Of a stretch of 64,000 bases of DNA, positions 17,252 through 30,094 are shown in pieces (the first letter of the stretch is position 1; every line of letters starts with the position of its first letter). The notes under the pieces are model-generated. The model saw only the letters and a program-made list of their open reading frames with translations. It was not told where the DNA came from and did not search any database. This DNA comes from Planctomycetota bacterium (lineage in GTDB: Bacteria > Planctomycetota > UBA11346): assembly GCA_044338255.1 (NCBI GenBank), contig JBIILZ010000004.1, positions 3,808-67,807 of the forward strand, written 5' to 3'. The translations under genes were made by a program, and so were the position numbers.

Positions 17252-18568
17252 ATGATTAACGGCTCCATGCTCCTGCAGCGTATTGACCAGCTCGCCCGTG
17301 AACGCGGCATGGACAAGGACCTGATCCTCGACCAGCTCGAGAAGGCCTTGATCCAGGCGGCGCAAAAGCGCTTCAATGCCGAAGGTGAGTTCACTCTTAC
17401 CATCGATCGCGAATCGGGCGAGATCCGCGCCTTCGAAGACGACAAGCCAGTCAATCTCGAAGAGCTCGGGCGCATCGTCGCCAACGTCGCCAAGCAGGTC
17501 CTGGTGCAGGCGCTCAAGGAAACCGAGCGCGATATGGTCTACGAGGAGCTCGCTCCCCGTGCGCGCACCATCGTCAATGGCACGATCGCCCGCGAAGAGC
17601 GTGGCATGATCCTCGTGACCATGGGCCGCGCCGAGGCTATTTTGCCCAAAGAAGAGCAGATTCCCGGCGAAATCTACCGCGTCGGGGCCGTCATCCGGGC
17701 CTTCGTGCTGCGCGTCGAGAAGAAGGGCCAGCGCGTGCGCATCGTCCTCACCCGGACCCACGCCGACTTCGTCAAGGAGCTCTTCAAGCAAGAGATCCCC
17801 GAGGTCGCCGACGGCCTGATCGAGATCAAGGGCATCGTGCGCGAGCCCGGCCGCCGCACCAAGATCGCGGTTGCCTCCAGCGACGCGCGCATCGATCCGG
17901 TGGGGTCGTGCGTTGGCGTACGCGGCAGCCGTATCACCAAGGTCACCGATGAGCTCGGTGGCGAAAAGATCGACATCATCCCCTGGGCCGAGGATCCCGC
18001 GCAGTTCATCGAGAACTCGCTCAAGCCGGCGCGCATCCTGCGCATCAGCTACGATCATTTCCGTGACCGCGCCCGGGTCGTGGTCGGTCAGGACCAGCTG
18101 CCGTTGGCCATCGGCAAGGCCGGTCAGAACGTCCGCCTGTCGGCGCGTCTGACGCGCTACAAGATCGACGTGATGTCCGAAGAGAACGCCGCCAAGGCCC
18201 GCCAGGCCGGTTCGGAAGAGCTCCAGAAGCTCATCGACGCCGGCGTCATGGACGACTTCCTGCGCGAAACCTTCATCGACAACCACCTCGACGGACTAGC
18301 GGTACTAGCCGCTCAAGAGCCGGCGCATCTCATTGAGGTGCTTGAAGAAGTGAAGTTGGATCCGGAGCGCGCCGCGAAGCTCATCTCGGCCGCCAATACC
18401 CTGCTCAGCGATGAGCAGCGGGTCCAGCGCGACGAGATCATCGCCCGTCGTCTCGAATCCGAGCGGCGTGCCCAAGAGGAAGAGGCCCGCGCCATGGCCG
18501 ATGCCGAGCAGCAGGCCATTTCCGAAGTCCAGGCCCTCACCGGCGAGGCCTTTGGTCGCAACGCTTGA
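17252..18568 (+). CDS. nusA: Transcription termination/antitermination factor NusA
   Basis: MINGSMLLQRIDQLARERGMDKDLILDQLEKAL is the N-terminal domain. An S1 domain (GEIYRVGAVIRAFV) and KH domains (GSCVGVRGSRI, AIGKAGQNVRL) follow. The 812-aa track ORF is an upstream artefact. Confidence 0.95.
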   Translation: MINGSMLLQRIDQLARERGMDKDLILDQLEKALIQAAQKRFNAEGEFTLTIDRESGEIRAFEDDKPVNLEELGRIVANVAKQVLVQALKETERDMVYEELAPRARTIVNGTIAREERGMILVTMGRAEAILPKEEQIPGEIYRVGAVIRAFVLRVEKKGQRVRIVLTRTHADFVKELFKQEIPEVADGLIEIKGIVREPGRRTKIAVASSDARIDPVGSCVGVRGSRITKVTDELGGEKIDIIPWAEDPAQFIENSLKPARILRISYDHFRDRARVVVGQDQLPLAIGKAGQNVRLSARLTRYKIDVMSEENAAKARQAGSEELQKLIDAGVMDDFLRETFIDNHLDGLAVLAAQEPAHLIEVLEEVKLDPERAAKLISAANTLLSDEQRVQRDEIIARRLESERRAQEEEARAMADAEQQAISEVQALTGEAFGRNA

Positions 18569-18651
18569 TTCCGGCTCCGCCACGTAACGCTGTTCCCTCC
18601 CTTGACTCTGGTTTGGCGAATGACGCCCGCCCGCCCTGGAAAAATGCCTGT

Positions 18652-21816
<3,165 letters not shown>

Positions 21817-21899
21817 GCTGACGGCGCATGATGCCTCGGTTCGCGCGTCGCGCGGACCGGGGCATTGATTTTTTACACTTGGAAAATGGAGATTTGCAC

Positions 21900-22325
21900 A
21901 TGCCGACCAATAGTCGAAAAGCCAAACTCGAATCGGTGCTCTTACAAGAGATTGCGATTTGCGTCCAACAAGAACTGAAAGACCCGCGCATTGGTTTCGT
22001 GACCATCATCCGCGTCGTCCTCAGTGATGATTTCAGCGAGTGTAAGGCCTATTACACCGTCTTGGGCGAAGAGAAAAAACGGCGCTTGGCCGCGCAAGCC
22101 CTGCTCCACGCCCGTGGTTTCATCCAGGGGCGCTATGCCGACGTGGTCAAGACGCGCATGCTGCCGCGTTTGGAATTCGTCTATGACGATGCCGAGCTCA
22201 AGCGCCAGACGATGCATGATCTGATTCGCAAAGCCCGCGAGACTGACACCGATGGCGGCGCCATGCCGACGCCGGCGACGCTCGAACAACGGCCGCCACT
22301 GCCCGAGCCCAAGCCCGGCGTCTGA
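21900..22325 (+). CDS. rbfA: Ribosome-binding factor A
   Basis: RKAKLESVLLQEIAICVQQELKDPRIGFVTIIRVVLSDDFSECKAYY matches the RbfA KH-like core. The position after infB is conserved. Confidence 0.85.
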   Translation: MPTNSRKAKLESVLLQEIAICVQQELKDPRIGFVTIIRVVLSDDFSECKAYYTVLGEEKKRRLAAQALLHARGFIQGRYADVVKTRMLPRLEFVYDDAELKRQTMHDLIRKARETDTDGGAMPTPATLEQRPPLPEPKPGV

Positions 22326-22338
22326 GGCTCGCTGCTTC

Positions 22339-23322
22339 ATGCACACGGTGATCGTGGGGACGGGTACCTGGGGTACGGCGGCGGCATTCCTGCTCGCTGC
22401 CAATCAGCAGCCGGTGACATTGCTGGGCCGCTCTGCCGACAAGGTCGCGGCCCTGCGCGATAGCCGACGTCACCCGCAACTAGGCGATGTCGCGCTACCC
22501 GCAGAAATCGGACTCACTGCCGATCCGCAGATCCTCAGCCAGGCCGATCTGGTGCTGTGGGCGGTACCGACGCAGCATTCGCGGGCCTGGGCGCAACAGC
22601 TGGTACCGTATCTGCCACCGCTGGTGCCGCTGGTGTCCTTGGCCAAGGGTTTTGAAGTAGGCACCCTGCAGACGCCCTGTGAGCTGCTGGTTGCGATCTT
22701 CGGGCCGCGTCCGTGCGCGGTGCTGTCGGGCCCCAGCCACGCCGTGGAGATCGTCGCCGGCAAGCCGGTGTGCCTGGTTGCCGCCGGCCCCGAGGCAGTG
22801 ACCTCCGTCCTGCGTGAGCGCCTGCACGGGCCACGATGCCGCATCTACACCAGCAACGATCGCATCGGGGTCGAAATCGGCGGCGCCTTGAAAAATGTCG
22901 TGGCGATTGCCGCCGGCATCTGCGATGGACTCGAGGTTGGCGACAATTTGAAGGCTGCCCTTATTACCCGTGGCTTGGCTGAGATGCGTCGGCTCGGCCG
23001 GGCGCTCGGGGCCCAAGATGCCACTTTTTCCGGGATGGCGGGTATTGGCGACCTTTTAACCACGTGCTATGCTCCGCACGGACGCAATCGCGCTCTGGGC
23101 AAGGTTATTGCAAGTGGCGTGAACCCCCTCATGTTCCTGCGTCAGCAGCAAACCGTGGCCGAGGGTGCAGCGACCAGCCGTGCGGCAGTCGAACTCGCTC
23201 AACGTTACGGAGTTGATCTGCCGATCGCTGCGCAAGTCTGTGCCATCATCTGGCAGCAGACTCCTGTCCGTACGGCGATGGACGCCCTTTTTGCCCGTTC
23301 CCCCAAGGAAGAAGACGCATGA
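22339..23322 (+). CDS. gpsA: NAD(P)H-dependent glycerol-3-phosphate dehydrogenase
   Basis: VIVGTGTWGTAAAFLLA is a Rossmann motif. GALKNVVAIAAGI and EGAATS are typical GpsA motifs. Confidence 0.9.
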   Translation: MHTVIVGTGTWGTAAAFLLAANQQPVTLLGRSADKVAALRDSRRHPQLGDVALPAEIGLTADPQILSQADLVLWAVPTQHSRAWAQQLVPYLPPLVPLVSLAKGFEVGTLQTPCELLVAIFGPRPCAVLSGPSHAVEIVAGKPVCLVAAGPEAVTSVLRERLHGPRCRIYTSNDRIGVEIGGALKNVVAIAAGICDGLEVGDNLKAALITRGLAEMRRLGRALGAQDATFSGMAGIGDLLTTCYAPHGRNRALGKVIASGVNPLMFLRQQQTVAEGAATSRAAVELAQRYGVDLPIAAQVCAIIWQQTPVRTAMDALFARSPKEEDA

Positions 23323-24209
23323 CTCGTCTCGCATCCCTGACTGCCTTCATGGCCGTCCTCGCCAGTACCACCCTCAGCGCCCTGGAGATCGAGCCGCAAA
23401 GCGGCGGTCTGGTCTTCGGCAACGACACGGCCAAGGATTATTCCTTGAATTGGCATGGCGGCCTCGCCAACAAACAGATGGATCAAGGCTGGGCGCGTAG
23501 CCAAGACGCCGTCTTCCAGACCGGCGGCACGGTTCGTTATTGGGGCCTCGGCGCCACCATCGACGTCGCCCTCGCCCTCGGCCAGGATCGCAGCGCGACC
23601 TACGTCGCCAACACCGATCCCAACCAGTATGCCTCGCGTCCGATCCAGTTCGGCGAGACCATCCAGTTGAATGCCAAGTTCGACTACTTGATGCAGATCG
23701 ACGGCGTCTACGGCGAAGGCGTGCCCTTTCTGCAGCTCGATCCGCATCTCGAATTCGTCACCTACCCCAATCAGCCACCGAACACCGTCAAGGATGATCA
23801 GGTCTGGCTGGGCACCGATTTGTGGTTGTCGGCTCCGTTTGAAGAGCTCGCCGGCGTCGATTTCGGTGGCAGCATCGACTACAACATCTCCGACCCAGCC
23901 CTGCGTTCGTCGATCGGCTTCCGCGAGCTGAAGCAGTACGCCCCATACGAATTGCTGATGTGGCAGTACGTCAACCTCGGCAACCGTTCCTACCACGGTT
24001 ACTTCACCAATACCGAGCACACCGGCCTGACCACCAGCCAGATCGGCGCCAAGATCCGTTCGCCGATGGCCTGGAACGAATGGTGGGCCTATGCCGCCGT
24101 CGATTGGTCGTACTGGCTGCAGTCCGAGGACCGCGACTACCGCAAGGCGCTCGGTCAGGATGCCGGCGAACTGGCCTTCACCGTCGGTATCGAGTGGCGC
24201 GCCCCATAA
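23319..24209 (+). CDS. Secreted or outer-membrane protein, unknown function
   Basis: The N-terminal signal peptide is MTRLASLTAFMAVLASTTLSA. The sequence is rich in aromatic and alternating residues, which suggests a beta-barrel. No family recognised. Confidence 0.5.
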   Translation: MTRLASLTAFMAVLASTTLSALEIEPQSGGLVFGNDTAKDYSLNWHGGLANKQMDQGWARSQDAVFQTGGTVRYWGLGATIDVALALGQDRSATYVANTDPNQYASRPIQFGETIQLNAKFDYLMQIDGVYGEGVPFLQLDPHLEFVTYPNQPPNTVKDDQVWLGTDLWLSAPFEELAGVDFGGSIDYNISDPALRSSIGFRELKQYAPYELLMWQYVNLGNRSYHGYFTNTEHTGLTTSQIGAKIRSPMAWNEWWAYAAVDWSYWLQSEDRDYRKALGQDAGELAFTVGIEWRAP

Positions 24210-24236
24210 GCCGCTGTTGATTTCTCGGCTGATCAC

Positions 24237-24275
24237 AACCGCGTCTCGGCAGCTGCCGGGGCGCGGTTTTTTTTT
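24237..24275 (+). terminator. Rho-independent terminator
   Basis: aaccgcgtctcggcagctgccggggcgcggtt is a GC-rich hairpin followed by T9. It lies 28 nt after the stop of the preceding gene. Confidence 0.7.
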
Positions 24276-24341
24276 CGTGCTTATGCCGTCGCCGGGATTG
24301 TCGTTTTCAGGACTGCCTTTGCTGCGAGACTGGCCACCTCT

Positions 24342-25742
24342 ATGGGTGCGATTCTGGTCGTCGATGATGAGCCTGGCCTTCGCCAGATGTTGGAAGTCGT
24401 GCTCCGCCGCGATGGCCACACGGTTCACGGATGTGGCGATGGCGCGAGCGCGCTCGCCTGCCTGGCCAAGCATCCCGAGATCGAACTGGTCTTGTCGGAT
24501 CTGCGCATGGCGCCCGTGGATGGGTTGACCTTGCTGGGCGAGATCCGCAAACGCCATCCTGATACCTTCGTGGTGATCATGACCGCTTTCGCGGAATGGA
24601 ACACGGCGGTGCAGGCGATGCGTCTGGGGGCCTATAATTTTCTGCGCAAGCCGTTCGACAATCAGGTCGCCAAGACGCTCGTGGGGCGGGCCCTGGCGGC
24701 TCGCGAGCACCGCATGGCCTCGAAGGCCGCCGGTGAGCAGGCCCCACCAGTGCATCTGATCGGTTCCAGCGCCGTGATCCAGGCGGTGCAGACCTTGATC
24801 GAGCAGGTCTCGACGACTGATTCGACGGTGCTGGTCAGTGGCGAAAGCGGTACCGGCAAGGAACTCGTCGCGCGCGCTATCCATTACGCATCGTTGCGCT
24901 CGGACGGACCTCTGGTGCGGGTGAACTCCGGGGCGCTGACGCCGTCGCTGCTTGAGAGTGAATTGTTCGGGCACGTCAAAGGCGCCTTCACCGGCGCCAT
25001 CGAAGACCGTCAGGGGCTCTTCAGTCTCGCCGATGGCGGGACCTTGTTCCTCGATGAGGTCGGCGAGCTCGCCACCGAGACCCAGGTCAAATTACTGCGC
25101 GTCCTCGAAAACGGCGAATACCTGCCGGTAGGCGGACGCGAGGTCCTGACCTGCAATGTGCGCGTGGTGGCGGCGACCAACCGCGACCTCGAACAGATGG
25201 TGCAGGCGGGAACCTTCCGCGAGGATCTCTATTTCCGCCTGGCGGTGATCCCCGTGCATCTGCCGCCGTTGCGCGACCGTATCGATGATATCGCGCTCAT
25301 CGCCGGACATCTGCTGGCTCGGCATGCGGTGAAGCTGCGCCGCGGCATCACCGGTTTCCAGGCCGATGCCCTTGAAGCCATGCAGCGCTATCCGTGGCCG
25401 GGCAATGTCCGTGAACTCGATAACCGTATCCAGCGCGGGGTGGCCTTGACCACCGCCGGAGACATTCCCGCCCAGGCTCTGTTCGGTGAAATCCAGCACC
25501 CGCGTCCGCTACTGTCCGGAGTTGCGGCGGCGCCGACACCGACGGCCTCGGCAGGCGCCTTACGGCAGAAGGTCGGGGCCCGCCAGCCGATCGATCTCGA
25601 AGCCGAATTGCAGCGCTATGAACGGATCCTGGTCGAAGACGCCTTGAACGTGACCAAGGACAATCTCACCGAGGCAGCGACCCTGCTCGGCATCTCCTTC
25701 CGGCAGATCCGCTACAAGGTCCGCCAGCTGGGATTGAGATAG
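24342..25742 (+). CDS. Sigma-54-dependent response regulator (NtrC family)
   Basis: The REC domain has ILVVDDE...SDLRMAPVDG. The AAA+ sigma-54 interaction domain has GESGTGKELVARAIH, ELFGHVKGAFTGA and the GAFTGA loop. The C-terminal Fis-type HTH is AATLLGISFRQIRYKVRQLGL. Confidence 0.9.
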   Translation: MGAILVVDDEPGLRQMLEVVLRRDGHTVHGCGDGASALACLAKHPEIELVLSDLRMAPVDGLTLLGEIRKRHPDTFVVIMTAFAEWNTAVQAMRLGAYNFLRKPFDNQVAKTLVGRALAAREHRMASKAAGEQAPPVHLIGSSAVIQAVQTLIEQVSTTDSTVLVSGESGTGKELVARAIHYASLRSDGPLVRVNSGALTPSLLESELFGHVKGAFTGAIEDRQGLFSLADGGTLFLDEVGELATETQVKLLRVLENGEYLPVGGREVLTCNVRVVAATNRDLEQMVQAGTFREDLYFRLAVIPVHLPPLRDRIDDIALIAGHLLARHAVKLRRGITGFQADALEAMQRYPWPGNVRELDNRIQRGVALTTAGDIPAQALFGEIQHPRPLLSGVAAAPTPTASAGALRQKVGARQPIDLEAELQRYERILVEDALNVTKDNLTEAATLLGISFRQIRYKVRQLGLR

Positions 25743-25747
25743 GAGCC

Positions 25748-26000
25748 AGTCACTGGTCGCTGGTCGTGGTCCCTGGCCCCTGGTCTCTGGTCTCTGGTCC
25801 CTGGTCTCTGGTCTCTGGTCCCTGGTCTCTGGTCTCTGGTCTCTGGTCTCTGGCCTCTGGTCTCTGGTCCCTGGCCTCTGGTCCCTGGTCCCTGGCCCCT
25901 GGCCCCTGGCCTCTGGCCTCTGGTCTCTGGCCCCTGGTCCCTGGTCCCTGGCCTCTGGCCCCTGGTCTCTAATCCCTGACCTCTGGTCGCCAGTCCCTGG
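25748..26000. repeat. Heptanucleotide tandem array A: about 36 units of GGYCYCT (plus-strand sense)
   Basis: ggtccct ggcccct ggtctct ggtctct ggtccct ... read in register across the array. It fills the whole gap between the convergent ntrC-like gene (stop 25742) and the lipoprotein gene (stop 26010). Confidence 0.95.
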
Positions 26001-26009
26001 AGTACCGTT

Positions 26010-26573
26010 TCAGCGTTTCGTCGGCGGGCACCAGCCCTCGTCGTCACGCATGCCAGCGACGAGACCATGGTTATTGCGGTTGATGCCTTCGCCGGGAACC
26101 GGTAGGGGCCGCTGATCGTAGCCACTGATCGGCTCATGGGCGCGGGTATCGCGCGCCCCGAGGACGCGTTCGTCATGCCAGGCACCGGTCGGCGCCAGGC
26201 GCTCCGGCGGCAGCGGCACGCCGCCACGTTCTTCATGGATGCCGACCAGGGGCAGGCCATCGACCTGGCTGCGTCCCTGGATGGCCGTGCCATTGCCGGT
26301 GGCCACGCGATCCGCCTTCCATTCCGGGCCGGGCTTGGCGCAGTCGATGCGCGCGCGGTGGTCATCATCGGCGCCGACTTCAGAGGCCAAGGCTGGCGGC
26401 TTCGACGGCAGGTCGTAGACCTGGGTATCTTCGCTCCAGAACAGGCGTTGGCTCGAACTGTAGGTTTCTTCGCTCGACGTCGGCAGGTAGCGCGTCTGGA
26501 AATACGCGTTGTTTGCGCAACCGCCAAGAACGAAGGAGGTCATAACGGCGAAGGTAAGGACAGCGGCTCGCAT
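26010..26573 (-). CDS. Lipoprotein, unknown function
   Basis: Start at MRAAVLTFAVMTSFVLGGCANN, which has a lipobox (L-G-G-C). No family recognised. Confidence 0.5.
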   Translation of the reverse strand: MRAAVLTFAVMTSFVLGGCANNAYFQTRYLPTSSEETYSSSQRLFWSEDTQVYDLPSKPPALASEVGADDDHRARIDCAKPGPEWKADRVATGNGTAIQGRSQVDGLPLVGIHEERGGVPLPPERLAPTGAWHDERVLGARDTRAHEPISGYDQRPLPVPGEGINRNNHGLVAGMRDDEGWCPPTKR

Positions 26574-26687
26574 GGCGGAATGAAAAGCCCTGACCTGCGT
26601 CCAGGCAACCAGAATCAGCCCGAGGTCGAGCCTGCGTTGCACCCACGTGGGCGAGGTTGCGTTTTTTTTGTGCGAGCAGCCCTCTCC

Positions 26688-26731
26688 CAGCTTCCTCCCA
26701 GCTTCCTCCCAGCTTCCTCGCAGCTTCCTCG
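26688..26731. repeat. 11-bp tandem repeat CAGCTTCCTCC, 4 copies
   Basis: Head-to-tail copies, with the last base of copies 3 and 4 changed to G. It lies in the divergent region between the lipoprotein gene (start 26573) and the ABC ATPase gene (start 26771). A T8 run precedes it at 26662-26669. Confidence 0.9.
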
Positions 26732-26770
26732 GGCTTTCCGCGCCAGCGGCGGGGAGTAGCGTGACCGCCC

Positions 26771-27685
26771 ATGCAGGCCGACTTACAGCGCACGACCGAT
26801 CTCGTTTTGAAAACCGTCGGTTTGACCAAGACCTACACCGACTTCTGGGGGCGGCCGCGGGTCACCGCCTTAACCGATCTGACCCTCGAGGTACGTCCCG
26901 GTGAGGTCTTTGGGCTCCTCGGTCCCAACGGCAGTGGTAAGACCACCACCATTAAGCTCCTGCTCGGCCTGTTGCGCCCGACCCGCGGCGATGCCTTTGT
27001 CTTCGGCCGCGATCCGGGGGATCGGGCGGCGAAGCAGTTGATAGGCTACCTGCCAGAAGAGACCTACCTCTATAAATTTCTCACCGCCGAAGAGACGCTA
27101 GCTTTCTTCGGACGTCTCTTCGACCTGCCGTCGGCGGTGATCCGCGCCCGCAGCGAGGAGCTGATCAGCCTCGTGGGCCTCGATCATGCGCGGAAGCGCC
27201 GCCTCGGCGAATATTCCAAGGGCATGGCCCGCCGCCTCGGGTTGGCCCAGGCGTTGATCAACGACCCGCAGCTGGTGGTTCTCGATGAGCCGACCTCTGG
27301 CCTCGATCCCATCGGCGCTGCCGAGGTCAAGGATCTCATCGTGCGTCTGAAGCAGGCCGGCAAGACCGTGCTGCTCTGCAGCCACCTGCTGGCGGACGTC
27401 GAAGATGTCTGCGATCGCATCGCCATCCTCCATCAGGGCGTGCTACGCGAAATGGGTACCGTCGAGGAACTGCTGCGCGCCGATGATCGGCAACTGGTCG
27501 AGCTGCGCGCGCCGACGCCGGAGATCCTGCGTGCGGTCTCTGCCGCCGCCGGCGAGCATTTGATCTCGGTGGCTCCGCCACGCGAACGCCTCGAAGCGCA
27601 TTTCCGCCGCATCATCGCCGACGCCCGCAAGGCCGATGCCGGGACTGCCCCCGCCAACCGTCTGCAGTCGGGTCGCGACGCATGA
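26771..27685 (+). CDS. ABC transporter ATP-binding protein (ABC-2 type)
   Basis: Walker A is GPNGSGKTT, the signature-like motif is YSKGMARRLGLAQAL and Walker B is VVLDEPTSGLD. Confidence 0.9.
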   Translation: MQADLQRTTDLVLKTVGLTKTYTDFWGRPRVTALTDLTLEVRPGEVFGLLGPNGSGKTTTIKLLLGLLRPTRGDAFVFGRDPGDRAAKQLIGYLPEETYLYKFLTAEETLAFFGRLFDLPSAVIRARSEELISLVGLDHARKRRLGEYSKGMARRLGLAQALINDPQLVVLDEPTSGLDPIGAAEVKDLIVRLKQAGKTVLLCSHLLADVEDVCDRIAILHQGVLREMGTVEELLRADDRQLVELRAPTPEILRAVSAAAGEHLISVAPPRERLEAHFRRIIADARKADAGTAPANRLQSGRDA

Positions 27686-29022
27686 CGCCGTTCTCGAGTT
27701 GGTTGGCGATCGTCGGCCTGTCGTTGCGCGAAGCCCTGCGGCAGCGTCTGTGGCTGTTGTTCGCGGTCGCGGCGGCGGCGGTTATGATCGTCGGCCTCAG
27801 TCTGCAGGCGGTGGACAGCGCCAACAAATTAAAATTGGCGGTGGTCGCGATCACCGCCGCGATCAGCTTCGTGGTCGTGCTCCTGGCGGTGCTGGTCGGT
27901 TCTGGGCAGGTCCGTCGCGACCTCGATGCCCGCGTCGCCTTCCTGCTCTTCGCCAAGCCCATGCCGCGCCTGTCGTACCTCCTCGGGCGCTGGAGCGGGG
28001 TGCAGCTTATTTTGCTCACCGGCATCGTCGGCCTGTCGCTGGTCGGCACCGGCATGATCTGGGTGACCTTCAAGCAGGTGCCGGCGATCTATGCGGTGAC
28101 CGCGCCCAGTGAATGGGTCGAGCTCAGCGCCCTCGGCGAAACCCTGCCGATCAGTGACGGCAGCAATCGCAAGATGCTCTCCGGCCAGCCCGGCAATGGC
28201 GTGCGTTGGACGCTTCGCGGCCTGCCCACGGATGACGAGGCCTACGCCAACGGCGGGCTCGATCTCTTACTGCGCTGCCAGGTGCGCAGCGTCGATTACG
28301 GACTCAACATCGAAGAGTGCCTAGTACAGCTCTCGGCGACGCCGGGTCCGAGTCCGACGCCCGCGTCCGCCCCGGCCGTTCCGCGTCTGTTGCAGCTGGC
28401 GGCGGATTCGCCCTATGGCCAGGGCACCGAAGAGGGGCTGGCCGGCGAAGGGCAGGTCGTCGTCCGCCATCGCGAGCAGATGCGCAACGATTACACCGCC
28501 GACTACGTACGCATGAAGCTGGTCCGCGACAGCGTCAGCGCCGACGGTACCTCGGTGGTGCAGATCACGCGCCTCGATTCGCGGGCCCAACTCATCGTCA
28601 CCCGCACCGACTCGCTCAAGGTCACCCGTCCAGGCGGCAGCCTGGCCGCGAACCTCATGCGCGGCGGTCTGGTGCTGCTTGCCTCGGCGGCGATGCTCAC
28701 GGCGTGGACCCTGTTCATCGGCACGCTCTCGAACCTCGGCGTCACGCTCCTTGCCGGTCTGACGATGTTCTTCGCCGGCAGCGCGCTGTGGACGATCCAG
28801 GATACCCTGGTCTACGAAAAGCTGTCGCTGCCGGCGCAACGAGTCCTGCAGTTGGCGCAGTTCCTGCTGCCCGACTTCGAGCGCTTCCAGGTTGCCGCCA
28901 ATCTCGCTGCCGGGCAGGCGATCAGCTGGAACGCGGTGCTCCACGCCTGGTTGTATTTCGGGGTCTATACCGGGGTCTTTCTGGGCATGGGATGGGTCGC
29001 CCTCGTGCGCAAGGAACTGTGA
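27682..29022 (+). CDS. ABC-2-type transporter permease-like membrane protein
   Basis: The start overlaps the ATPase stop (ATGA). Hydrophobic segments occur at both ends, around a large soluble loop. Confidence 0.55.
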   Translation: MTPFSSWLAIVGLSLREALRQRLWLLFAVAAAAVMIVGLSLQAVDSANKLKLAVVAITAAISFVVVLLAVLVGSGQVRRDLDARVAFLLFAKPMPRLSYLLGRWSGVQLILLTGIVGLSLVGTGMIWVTFKQVPAIYAVTAPSEWVELSALGETLPISDGSNRKMLSGQPGNGVRWTLRGLPTDDEAYANGGLDLLLRCQVRSVDYGLNIEECLVQLSATPGPSPTPASAPAVPRLLQLAADSPYGQGTEEGLAGEGQVVVRHREQMRNDYTADYVRMKLVRDSVSADGTSVVQITRLDSRAQLIVTRTDSLKVTRPGGSLAANLMRGGLVLLASAAMLTAWTLFIGTLSNLGVTLLAGLTMFFAGSALWTIQDTLVYEKLSLPAQRVLQLAQFLLPDFERFQVAANLAAGQAISWNAVLHAWLYFGVYTGVFLGMGWVALVRKEL

Positions 29023-29023
29023 G

Positions 29024-30094
29024 ATGAGATCACGCACATGTCTGTTGCTGGGCGTCGGCTGTCTGCTCGCGGCCCAGGCGGTTTCGACCTGGTGGTGTAC
29101 GCCGCAACGCGGCGAACTGACCCCCAATCGCGACGTCTACGAAGCGCTGACCCCGGGCGAATTGGCAGGCACCTTGATGCTCGGCGGTTTCCGCGGCCTG
29201 GCCTGCGATCTGCTGTGGTTGCGCGCCGATTCGGCGAAGGAAAACGGCCGCTTCTACGAATCGGTGGCGTTGTTCGAGGCCATCAGCCGCATCCAGCCGC
29301 GCTTCGAGCAGCCCTGGCAGTTCATGTCTTGGGATCTCGCCTACAACCTCAGCCACGAGGTCGAGGATCGCGACGCCAAGTGGTCGTGGATCATCGCCGG
29401 CATCGACACCAACGTTCGCGGCGTCACGCGCAATCCGCAGAGCGAACGCCTGCTGCGCCACTTGGCGTGGATGTTCCATCACAAGGGTGATCTGTTCCAC
29501 GATAAGATCGAAGCCCTGGCCTGGGCCTCGCGGCTCAATCCGCTGCTCAAAGAGGTCAATGCCCGGGTCAAACCCGGGTACCAGGTGGCCTTGCTTGAGG
29601 AGGGTATCGGCACCAGCAACTTCTCCATCTCGGCGCGGCTCTACCAGGCGTGCATCGCCCTCGGCGACGGCTCCCTCGATGGCCAGGGCCGGCTCTCGGC
29701 GCAGTTCGTGCGGCGCATGGTGCCCCTGGCTCTGGAGAGCGATGGCAATCTCAAGCGCAACCAGAGCCGTCATCTCGAAGCCCTCAAGCGCTACGTCGAT
29801 TCCCTGCAGGCCTGGGATGTGGTGATCGCCTGGGCGAATGCGCCGGCCGCCAATCCCTACGAGGTCGGCCAGCACAAGGTCACCCTCGACAGCGTCGAGC
29901 GCAACGAAGGCCGCCTGCGCCGCAAGGCCGCGCAGTATTGCTACGATCTCGCTCCCGACAGCGATACCGCCGAGAAGACCGCGCAGGCGATCCTCGCCCG
30001 CAACTGGAGCGAGGCCCTGCGCCACCTACAGCGTCCGGGATGGAAGTCCGCCGCCAGCAATTCACGCATCCATTGGCTCGACGAACCCGGATGA
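29024..30094 (+). CDS. Membrane-anchored hypothetical protein (same operon as the ABC-2 genes)
   Basis: Start at MRSRTCLLLGVGCLLAAQAV, 2 nt after the permease stop. The stop overlaps the ribF start. The body is helical, with no motif recognised. Confidence 0.45.
   Translation: MRSRTCLLLGVGCLLAAQAVSTWWCTPQRGELTPNRDVYEALTPGELAGTLMLGGFRGLACDLLWLRADSAKENGRFYESVALFEAISRIQPRFEQPWQFMSWDLAYNLSHEVEDRDAKWSWIIAGIDTNVRGVTRNPQSERLLRHLAWMFHHKGDLFHDKIEALAWASRLNPLLKEVNARVKPGYQVALLEEGIGTSNFSISARLYQACIALGDGSLDGQGRLSAQFVRRMVPLALESDGNLKRNQSRHLEALKRYVDSLQAWDVVIAWANAPAANPYEVGQHKVTLDSVERNEGRLRRKAAQYCYDLAPDSDTAEKTAQAILARNWSEALRHLQRPGWKSAASNSRIHWLDEPG

Noticed and set aside
25748-26000. Heptamer arrays (also 33702-33838, 40181-40533, 44956-45133) considered as CRISPR arrays
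   Set aside because: The units are 7 bp and directly abutting, with no unique spacers. There is no repeat of 24-40 bp, no leader and no cas genes. They are microsatellite-like tandem repeats, not CRISPR.
25712-26527. 271-aa minus-strand ORF (and the 25766-25972 plus-strand ORF) with Gly/Pro/Arg/Thr-rich repeats
   Set aside because: Most of the peptide is a translation of the heptamer array, and it overlaps the lipoprotein gene out of frame. Similar repeat-derived ORFs at 33633-33958, 40225-40663 and 44539-45187 were rejected for the same reason.
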